Part shown: positions 8,907 through 15,819 of the stretch, one piece after another
Position numbering within the stretch: position 1 is the first letter of the stretch
Layout: every line of letters begins with the position of its first letter
Source: a bacterium
GTDB taxonomy: Bacteria > Auribacterota > UBA3054
Direction: 5' to 3'
Assembly (NCBI GenBank): GCA_017650925.1
Contig: JAGCDY010000053.1
Span: forward strand, 10,977-74,976
DNA: 64,000 nt
Notes under the pieces: model-generated
Databases searched by the model: none
What the model was told of the DNA's origin: nothing
What the model saw: only the letters and a program-made list of their open reading frames with translations
Made by a program: the position numbers and the translations under genes

Positions 8907-9305
8907 TCATTTGCCCCAGTCGGCGGTCTGGCCTCCGGCCTTGCCTTCCGTTTCCTCGCTGGTCACGCCGGAACTCGTCACGCGGACCGTACCGTCGCTT
9001 TCAACGGTGAGCACATATTCGTTGCCCCAGGGATCGGGACCCGGCTCGTCCTTCAGGAATTCCGGATAAAGGTCCTTCAGGGAAGTTATGGGCTTGCCGT
9101 AATTCAGCTGGTAAAGCTCGGCCTGCGTCTCGTATTCCTTGATCTCCATCACGGCCTTGGCCTTGCGAGCTTTCTCCGTGTTGCCGATCAGCTTTCCGCC
9201 AACCACGGAACCAAGGATGCCGATGACCGCCACGACGACCATCATTTCGACCAGGGTGAAGCCGCGTTCCATGAGACGGCGTTTCCTTTCATTAGAATTT
9301 TTCAT
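8907..9305 (-). CDS. gspG: type II secretion major pseudopilin GspG-like
   Basis: 132 aa. The prepilin leader and cleavage/methylation motif is KRRLMERG|FTLVEMMVVVAVIGIL, with Glu at +5. GspG-like body motifs are KAKAVMEIKEYETQAELY and DPWGNEYVL. Confidence 0.85.
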   Translation of the reverse strand: MKNSNERKRRLMERGFTLVEMMVVVAVIGILGSVVGGKLIGNTEKARKAKAVMEIKEYETQAELYQLNYGKPITSLKDLYPEFLKDEPGPDPWGNEYVLTVESDGTVRVTSSGVTSEETEGKAGGQTADWGK

Positions 9306-9330
9306 ATCTTCCTCCGATATTTTGGATTGT

Positions 9331-10863
9331 TTACACTTCTTCCGTGACGCTCAAGACTTCTTCCAGCGTCGTTACTCCGGCCAGGACTTTCTGCCAGCCG
9401 GAATGCTGCAGCGTCACCATGCCTTCCTTTATGGCCTGCTTTTTTATTTCGTAGGCGGCCGCCCGCTTCAAGGTCAGGGCCTTGATCTCCTCGCTCATCT
9501 GCATGATCTCGAAAAGCGAGATACGGCCTTTGAAGCCCGTGTCGCGGCACTTTTCGCAGCCTCTGGCGCGGAAGATCTTGTGTTTTCCTCTCGGCGCCAC
9601 GTCCTCGGGGATCATCAGCCTGTCGAGAGCCTCAGTCACATCCTCCTCGACCTCCTCCTTGCAGTAGGGACACAGAACGCGCACGAGGCGCTGGGCCAGG
9701 ACGCCGATGACGGACGAGGTGATGAGGTACGGCTCCACGCCCATGTCGATGAGACGGGTGATGGCAGAAGGCGCGTCATTGGTGTGCAGCGTTGAGAAGA
9801 CAAGGTGGCCGGTCAGGGACGCCTGGACGGCGGTCTCCGCCGTTTCCACGTCACGAATTTCACCGACCATCACGATGTCCGGGTCTTGACGCAGAATCGA
9901 TCTCAAGCCTTGCGCGAAAGTCAGTCCGACCTTGGCGTTGACGTGGATCTGGTTGATGCCTTTTATCTGGTATTCCACCGGGTCCTCGATCGTGATGATC
10001 TTGACGTCCGGCTTGTTCAAAACTTTCAGCGAACTGTAGAGGGTCGTCGTTTTACCGCTGCCGGTAGGACCTGTCACCAGAACGATGCCGTGCGAGACTC
10101 TCAGCATGGAATCGTAAAGTTTCAGATGGTGTTCGTCGAAGCCCAGCTCGGTAAGGTCGAGCATAAGCCCGCTCTTATCCAGAAGTCGCATGACAACGTT
10201 CTCGCCCCAGACGGTCGGCATGATGGAAACACGGATGTCGATCTCTTTTTGGCCAAGCTTCATCTGGATGCGTCCGTCCTGTGTCGTCCTTCTTTCGGAA
10301 ATGTCGAGGTCCGACATGATCTTGATACGCGAGAGAATTGCAGCGTGCAGATTGTGCGGCGGAGAGCTCATCTCATGCAATACGCCGTCCACGCGGTAGC
10401 GCACCAGAAGCTGGTTCTCGAAAGGCTCGATGTGGATATCGGAGGCCCTCATCTGCAGCGCGTTCCAAATGATCAGGTTCACCAGCTTGATGATGGGCGC
10501 CTCGTTGGCCACGTCCACGCCATCCTGGTCCTCCCTGATGTTGCCGATGATCTCGAGGTCGTCTTCCGTCAGGTCCTGGATGACTTTCTCCACGGAGGAG
10601 GCGTTGCCGCTGTTGCAGCGCTCTATGGCTTCCGCTATCTCTTCCGGAGTGGCCTTCACGATCTCCAGTTCCGTCGTGATGACGCGCTTCAGTTCGTCCA
10701 GGGTCTCGATATCGTCGGGATCGGCCATGGCCACCTGCGTCACGCCGGGTCTCGGTTCGCAGATGGGAATAAGCTGATGCTTCTCCAAAAAGGCATAGGG
10801 CAGCTTGTAGAAGAGCTGCTGGTCTATTTTGGCTGTCGATAAGTTGAAGCTTTCCTCACTCAT
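9331..10863 (-). CDS. gspE: type II/IV secretion ATPase (GspE/PilB family)
   Basis: 510 aa. An N-terminal GspE-type domain is present. Walker A is VTGPTGSGKTTT. Asp box, Walker B and His box regions are present (DPDIVMVGEIRD, TGHLVFSTLHTND). The tetracysteine motif is CPYC...CEKC. Confidence 0.92.
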   Translation of the reverse strand: MSEESFNLSTAKIDQQLFYKLPYAFLEKHQLIPICEPRPGVTQVAMADPDDIETLDELKRVITTELEIVKATPEEIAEAIERCNSGNASSVEKVIQDLTEDDLEIIGNIREDQDGVDVANEAPIIKLVNLIIWNALQMRASDIHIEPFENQLLVRYRVDGVLHEMSSPPHNLHAAILSRIKIMSDLDISERRTTQDGRIQMKLGQKEIDIRVSIMPTVWGENVVMRLLDKSGLMLDLTELGFDEHHLKLYDSMLRVSHGIVLVTGPTGSGKTTTLYSSLKVLNKPDVKIITIEDPVEYQIKGINQIHVNAKVGLTFAQGLRSILRQDPDIVMVGEIRDVETAETAVQASLTGHLVFSTLHTNDAPSAITRLIDMGVEPYLITSSVIGVLAQRLVRVLCPYCKEEVEEDVTEALDRLMIPEDVAPRGKHKIFRARGCEKCRDTGFKGRISLFEIMQMSEEIKALTLKRAAAYEIKKQAIKEGMVTLQHSGWQKVLAGVTTLEEVLSVTEEV

Positions 10864-10899
10864 TTATTTATCCTTTGAGATTTTTTGCCGAACAAGTTT

Positions 10900-11760
10900 T
10901 TATCTCGGTTCTCCTCCGGAGGGCGAACCGCCGCCTCTCGGGCCTCCGCCCGAGCCGCCGCCTCTTGATCCGCCGCCGGGGCCGCCGCCGCTTCTGCCGC
11001 CCCGGTTGCCGCCCCTGTTGCCGCCTCTGCCGCTGCCGCCGCCGGGAGAGTCTTCCGGGAATTCCTCCATTTCGGGAACCTCGCCGCTGTTTCTCCCGCC
11101 GTTGGGGCTGGTGCCTTCGTTATCGCCGTTCCTGACCTTCATGGTCGGCAGCATTGCCGCGCTGCAAAGAGGCTGGATGGTCTTGCCGAGATCCAAAAAG
11201 AGCGTGATGACGACTTCGTAAGGCTTCGAGCCGTCCTGCTCGGAAATGGAAGTGTCCCAGCCGCGGGAAAGGCTGCCGTCCTCGTCATAATAGGAGATCT
11301 CCATGCCGACCACGCCTTCCACTAAAGGAACCACAGACACTTCCGATCCGGACGAGTTGTCGTCCGTGGGATAAGAAAGCTCCTTTTGCAGAACGCCAGA
11401 GCCGTCCTCGCCTTTCACCACGGAATAACGCACTCTCAATTCGCCGGCCAGCCAGCGGGAATCAAGCTGGATGGGCGGAGAGAGCGTAACCATGTCAACG
11501 ATGTCCCTGGGGCAGCCGTCATAGTCTTCCGTCAGGGATACGAACTCGTACTTGCCGGTCGTGGCGTACTCCATGTTCGAGAAGGCGCTGAGCATCTCGT
11601 CCATCGCGAGCCTGGCGCCGTGGAAAAGCTGAGCCCGGTCGCGGCCGCTGGTGCAGACTTTACTTGAAATTGCCAAAGCCGACTGGATCATGGTCATCAC
11701 CATGACCATGATCGACATCGTCAGAAGCAGTTCCAAAATCGTAAAGCCTTTGAGTTTCAT
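10900..11760 (-). CDS. GspJ-like minor pseudopilin with a Gly/Arg-rich (RGG-type) C-terminal tail
   Basis: Prepilin motif MKLKG|FTILELLLTMSIMVMV with Glu at +5. The body resembles GspJ (RGWDTS...YEVVITLFLDLG). The last ~50 aa read GGGSGRGGNRGGNRGGRSGGGPGGGSRGGGSGGGPRGGGSPSGGEPR. I start it at the ATG at 11760 (a TAATG overlap with the HAD stop) rather than the ORF-track start at 11868. Confidence 0.7.
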   Translation of the reverse strand: MKLKGFTILELLLTMSIMVMVMTMIQSALAISSKVCTSGRDRAQLFHGARLAMDEMLSAFSNMEYATTGKYEFVSLTEDYDGCPRDIVDMVTLSPPIQLDSRWLAGELRVRYSVVKGEDGSGVLQKELSYPTDDNSSGSEVSVVPLVEGVVGMEISYYDEDGSLSRGWDTSISEQDGSKPYEVVITLFLDLGKTIQPLCSAAMLPTMKVRNGDNEGTSPNGGRNSGEVPEMEEFPEDSPGGGSGRGGNRGGNRGGRSGGGPGGGSRGGGSGGGPRGGGSPSGGEPR

Positions 11761-12350
11761 TATAAGCCGAGCTTGTCCAGGTCGGAGGGAGAGGTGTAAA
11801 GAAGCGTTTTCATGCCGGCCTCGGAGGCGAACTTCAAATTCTCCTCGCGGTCGTCGATATAGGTGCACTCGGAGGGGGAAACGCCGAGCGTTTCGGCCGC
11901 CTTCAAAAAGAATTCCTTAGAGTTTCTAAGGATGCCCAGTTTCCAGGAGCAGGCCCAACCTGTGAAAGGCGCAAAATCGGCGCGCTCCCTCAGGATGTTT
12001 TCCTGCGCCTCGGAAAGGTTCGCCGCCACCGCGCAGGCCTCTTTAACGGAGAGCGCGGCGACCTTGGCGAGGGCGTCGGCGTAATACTCGTAGCCGCTCT
12101 GCCAGATCTCCATGAACTTCTCCTCCGTCAGATCGAGCCCGGTCTTCCCTTTCAGCCTGAGGAAGAACTGCGTCATGTTCATGCGCCCGGTCTCCAAAAG
12201 CTCCGTGTCCCTTTTGAATTCCGCCATGAACTCGTCCTTCTTGGCGAAGATAAGAAGAGCCGTCAGCGGATTCAAGGAACCCGCCAGTTTTTTCATCGTG
12301 GCTTCCTGGTCATAGGAAAGCACCACCTTGCCGAGATCGAAAAGAAGCAT
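11760..12350 (-). CDS. HAD-superfamily hydrolase (subfamily IA-like)
   Basis: 196 aa. Motif I variant is LLFDLGKVV and motif IV is YIDDREEN. A cap-domain-sized insertion is present. A GGAGAA RBS lies 5 nt upstream of the ATG. Confidence 0.75.
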   Translation of the reverse strand: MLLFDLGKVVLSYDQEATMKKLAGSLNPLTALLIFAKKDEFMAEFKRDTELLETGRMNMTQFFLRLKGKTGLDLTEEKFMEIWQSGYEYYADALAKVAALSVKEACAVAANLSEAQENILRERADFAPFTGWACSWKLGILRNSKEFFLKAAETLGVSPSECTYIDDREENLKFASEAGMKTLLYTSPSDLDKLGL

Positions 12351-12395
12351 TCAGTTCTCCACGAAAGGTTAATAATTAGTTTTCTATATCTTTTT

Positions 12396-12401
12396 ATTAT
12401 A
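12396..12401 (-). promoter_or_regulatory. candidate -10 box (TATAAT) for the HAD/T2SS-like operon
   Basis: The minus strand reads aggTATAATaaaaag about 46 nt upstream of the HAD ATG, in an AT-rich gap just downstream of the preceding terminator. I found no convincing -35. Confidence 0.4.
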
Positions 12402-12427
12402 CCTAATTTCGTGTCTGAATGAAACAC

Positions 12428-12452
12428 AAAAAAAAGAGGGCCACGAGGCCCT
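12428..12452 (-). terminator. intrinsic terminator after the acetyltransferase-PAP2 gene
   Basis: The minus strand reads GAGGGCC-tcgt-GGCCCTC followed by a T-run of 7 (A-run 12428-12434 on the plus strand). Confidence 0.7.
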
Positions 12453-12468
12453 CCAATTCACCGGACTT

Positions 12469-13815
12469 TCAGTCCTTCGCGATGCGCATTTTTTTCAGCA
12501 GCTTCTCAACCAGGTCGAGGACTGTCGGCGCCAGGAATTCCTTTACCAGAAGCGCGATCGCGATGCCGACCGTTGCGCCAGCCACGGTGTCGGAAAGGAA
12601 GTGCCTCTCCATCAGGATGCGGTCGGCCATCATGAGGACGGCCGTCACGACAAAAAACGGCCTTAGTTTCGGGAAGATGAACCAGAAGACCGTGGCCATG
12701 GTGGCCACTTCCATGGAATGCCCGGAGGGGAAGCTCTTGAAAGCGTTCTTGGTCTGTTCGTAGAAGAAGAAGCCGTAATGGCCGGCCTCGCGGAATAGAT
12801 TGTAGGGCCTGGCCCTGCGGAAGCACTCCTTCAATATGCTTGTCATGATCCCGCATATGCCCATGGAAAGCAGAAAATATCCCAGCTTCCGGAACCACTC
12901 GCGGTTGAATCTTATGAGCGTGAAATAAACAAAGAAGGGCGCCACTATCATCGTGACGTAGGGCTTCTTGCAGATCACTGAGATCTCGCCGAGAAGGTTC
13001 AGATCCTGCAGTTTTTCCCTGAGAGGCGTGTGCACGAGCTCCGCCAGCACGCGGTCGTAGCGCCAGATGGAAAGCAGGATGAAGGCGGTTGCGAAAAAGA
13101 GGGACACTATGACGATGGCAAGCGTTCTTTTCGCGCTGTCGCTCATCTTTGGCGCAAGCTTTCCGGCCTCGGGATCCTTCAGCCTTTTGTTGCTTTTCAC
13201 CGCCTTGGCGGGAGAGCCGAAAGATACCGTGTTGTCGCCGATATTCTTTACGACGATGGAACCTGAACCTATGAGGTCGTTGGCGCCGACCCTAACGAGC
13301 GGCTTGACGATACTGCCCGCGCCTATGGTGGTCAGAGGACCGACGCTCACCGCGCCGGTAAGAATGACGCCCGGGCAGATGTGGGAATAAGCGCCCACTT
13401 TGCAGTCGTGATCGACGCTCGCTTTGGTGTTGATGATCGCGCCGTCCCCTACTTCCGCCCTGGGGCCTATGAAGGCACCGGCCGCCACGAAGACGCCCTC
13501 TCCCAGTTTCGCGGATGGGTCGACGAAAGCCGTCGGGTGGACGATGGTCTCAGGCGTGAAGCCCTGCTCCCTGGCTTTTCTTAGAAGCGTGAAGCGGGCT
13601 TCGTTGGAGCCTATGGCGGCGTGGACTTTATTGGCTTTCCCCTTCAGGGAAGCAAGGTCCGCGATCTTGCCTTTCACTTCGCCTTCAATCACTTTGCTGC
13701 CAACGGGAAGACCGTCGTCCAAAAAGGCCTCGACGCCCTTTCCCAAAGAAATGAGCGCCGCTTCCACGACCGCGGCGTGTCCGCCGCCGCCCAATATGAC
13801 CAAGTTCTCAGGCAC
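12469..13815 (-). CDS. fusion protein: NeuD/PglD-type hexapeptide sugar acetyltransferase + membrane PAP2 phosphatase
   Basis: 448 aa. The N-terminal half has LVILGGGGHAAVV and a left-handed beta-helix region (GEGVFVAAGAFIGPRAEVGDGAIINTKASVDHDCKVGAYSHICPGVIL). TM helices follow. PAP2 motifs are KECFRRARP, PSGHS and RHFLSDTVAG. The GTG start directly abuts the etfA stop. Confidence 0.75.
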   Translation of the reverse strand: MPENLVILGGGGHAAVVEAALISLGKGVEAFLDDGLPVGSKVIEGEVKGKIADLASLKGKANKVHAAIGSNEARFTLLRKAREQGFTPETIVHPTAFVDPSAKLGEGVFVAAGAFIGPRAEVGDGAIINTKASVDHDCKVGAYSHICPGVILTGAVSVGPLTTIGAGSIVKPLVRVGANDLIGSGSIVVKNIGDNTVSFGSPAKAVKSNKRLKDPEAGKLAPKMSDSAKRTLAIVIVSLFFATAFILLSIWRYDRVLAELVHTPLREKLQDLNLLGEISVICKKPYVTMIVAPFFVYFTLIRFNREWFRKLGYFLLSMGICGIMTSILKECFRRARPYNLFREAGHYGFFFYEQTKNAFKSFPSGHSMEVATMATVFWFIFPKLRPFFVVTAVLMMADRILMERHFLSDTVAGATVGIAIALLVKEFLAPTVLDLVEKLLKKMRIAKD

Positions 13816-15006
13816 TTATTTTTTCAGTTCCTTGATGATGAGAGGAATGATCTCGAAAAGGTCGCCCTCGATGGCGTAGTTAGCGATCTTCATCATGGGG
13901 CATTCCGGATCCTTGTTGATGGCGACGATGACGTCCGAGGACTGCATGCCGACGAGATGCTGGATCTGGCCGGAGATGCCGCAGGCGATGTAGACGGTGG
14001 GGCAGACCGTTTTGCCCGTCTGTCCGACCTGGTGGGCATAAGGTATCCAGCCGGCGTCGACAGCCGCCCTGCTGGCGCCCACAGCGCCTCCTAGGGCCTC
14101 CGCCAGTTCTTTCAGGAGGGCGAAGTTCTCTGGCCCTTTCATGCCGCGGCCGCCGGAAACGATGATGTTGGCGTCGGTCAGCTTCACCTGTTCGCCGATG
14201 TTCTCGACGACTTCCAGAACTTTGCTTCTCAAGGAAAGGTCTTCTTTTACGAAGGCAACTTCCTCAACTTCGCCGGTGCGGGAGGCGTCGGGCTCCATCT
14301 CGGAAAAGACTTTGTGGCGGACGGTGGCCATCTGCGGCCTGGTGTTCTGGCATCTGATGCGGGCCATGATGTTGCCGCCGAAAGCCGGGCGGGTCTGGAT
14401 GAGCAAACCGGTCTCGGGATCGATGTGCAGTCCCGTGCAGTCCGCGGTCAAACCAGTCTTGAGCATGACAGCCACTCTCGGCATCAGGGCGCGGCCGATG
14501 GTGGTGGCGCCGCAGAGGATTATTTCGGGCTTGCGCTCTTTTACCAGACGGTAAAGCACGTTGGAATAGGTGAGGTCGTCGAAATCCTTCAGTTCGGGAG
14601 CGGAAACGGAAATGACTTTGTCCGCGCCTTTCGCTATGAGCTGCTTTTCTATTTCAGCGTTGCTGCCGTCGTGCAGCACGACCGCGACCACCTGATTGGG
14701 TTTCTGAGTTGCGAGTTCCCTGGCCTTGGCCAGAAGTTCATAGCTAACGCCCGCGACCTGGCCCTTCTTCTGTTCCGTGAAGACCCAGATGTCCTTGTAG
14801 CTACCGAGATCGTCCTTGGCTTCCATTTCCTCTTTGACGACGGTAATGGCTTCGCAGGGGCAGACGGTGGCGCATTTCCCGCAGAATTTGCATTTGGTCT
14901 CTTCCACAAAGGCGCAGTTGTCAACCAGACTAAGAGCGCCGAAGGGACACTGGGCGACGCACGCTCCGCATCCCACGCATGTTTCTTTATTGATCTTTAT
15001 CGGCAT
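13816..15006 (-). CDS. etfA: electron transfer flavoprotein alpha subunit with an N-terminal 2x[4Fe-4S] ferredoxin domain
   Basis: 396 aa. Two CxxCxxCxxxCP motifs are present (CVGCGACVAQCP, CKFCGKCATVCP). The C-terminal FAD region is VYIACGISGQIQHLVGM. Confidence 0.9.
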   Translation of the reverse strand: MPIKINKETCVGCGACVAQCPFGALSLVDNCAFVEETKCKFCGKCATVCPCEAITVVKEEMEAKDDLGSYKDIWVFTEQKKGQVAGVSYELLAKARELATQKPNQVVAVVLHDGSNAEIEKQLIAKGADKVISVSAPELKDFDDLTYSNVLYRLVKERKPEIILCGATTIGRALMPRVAVMLKTGLTADCTGLHIDPETGLLIQTRPAFGGNIMARIRCQNTRPQMATVRHKVFSEMEPDASRTGEVEEVAFVKEDLSLRSKVLEVVENIGEQVKLTDANIIVSGGRGMKGPENFALLKELAEALGGAVGASRAAVDAGWIPYAHQVGQTGKTVCPTVYIACGISGQIQHLVGMQSSDVIVAINKDPECPMMKIANYAIEGDLFEIIPLIIKELKK

Positions 15007-15015
15007 GATGACTCC

Positions 15016-15801
15016 TTACAAAAGCTGAGCTTCCTTTAGAGACGCGACGAGAGTCTTCGCCTGAACGTCCGGTTCACCCTCGATTTTGACGCCGCCTTTG
15101 CGGGCTTCCGGCGAGAAGATCTCGACCACGTTGGTGGGAGAGCCTTTCAATCCGAGGCGCGTCAGGTCCGCTTCGATGTCCGCGGCGGACATGACTTTTA
15201 TTTCCGCTCTCTTGGCCGCCATCTTGCCCTTTAGGCTGGCGATCCTGGGCTCGTTTATCTCTTTGACGACGGTTATGACGGCGGGAAGCGTTACTTCCAC
15301 CACGTCGTAGCCTTCCTCGGTCATGCGTTCAACGACCATTTTTCCGTCGGCGCATTCCCTGATTTTCCTGACGCAGGTGACCTGCGGAATGTCAAGATTC
15401 ACGGCGATGCCGGGGCCGACCTGGGCGGTGTCGCCGTCGATGGCCTGCTTGCCGCCAAGGATGACGTCGAAAGCTCCGAGCTTGCTTATCGTCTGGCTCA
15501 GGGCGTAGGAAGTGGCCAAGGTGTCTGAGCCAGCCACCGCGCGGTCGGAAAGCAGGACGGCCTCGTCGGCGCCCAAACTTATGGCTTCCCTAAGCACGGC
15601 TTCCGCCATGGGCGGGCCCATGCAGACGACGGTCACCTTGCCGCCGAATTTTTCTTTCAGTCTGACGCCTTCCTCCAGGGCATAGGCGTCAAGGGGATTC
15701 ATCATGGAATCCACGCCTTCCCTGACGAGCGTCTTGGTCTCCGGATTGATGCGGACATTGGCCGCGTCCGGCACTTGCTTTATGGTTACGACGATGTTCA
15801 T
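15016..15801 (-). CDS. etfB: electron transfer flavoprotein beta subunit
   Basis: 261 aa. It has the typical N-terminus MNIVVTIKQVPD and EtfB-length architecture. It sits between the acyl-CoA dehydrogenase gene and etfA. Confidence 0.9.
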   Translation of the reverse strand: MNIVVTIKQVPDAANVRINPETKTLVREGVDSMMNPLDAYALEEGVRLKEKFGGKVTVVCMGPPMAEAVLREAISLGADEAVLLSDRAVAGSDTLATSYALSQTISKLGAFDVILGGKQAIDGDTAQVGPGIAVNLDIPQVTCVRKIRECADGKMVVERMTEEGYDVVEVTLPAVITVVKEINEPRIASLKGKMAAKRAEIKVMSAADIEADLTRLGLKGSPTNVVEIFSPEARKGGVKIEGEPDVQAKTLVASLKEAQLL

Positions 15802-15819
15802 AGCTTTTTTAAGTTTTAA

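Noticed and set aside
10829-11221. Plus-strand ORF encoding a striking proline-rich peptide (PPPLGPPPEPPPLDPPPGPPPLLPP...).
   Set aside because: It is the reverse-complement mirror of the GGN/CGN codons that encode the Gly/Arg tail of the minus-strand pseudopilin. That pseudopilin is continuous with a bona fide prepilin motif. The plus-strand ORF has no RBS and no genomic context.
11761-11868. 5' extension of the pseudopilin ORF (MHLYRRPRGEFEVRLRG...), as given in the ORF track.
   Set aside because: It lies wholly inside the HAD gene. The prepilin leader MKLKG|F starts at the ATG at 11760, which overlaps the HAD stop (TAATG). Prepilin leaders are short.
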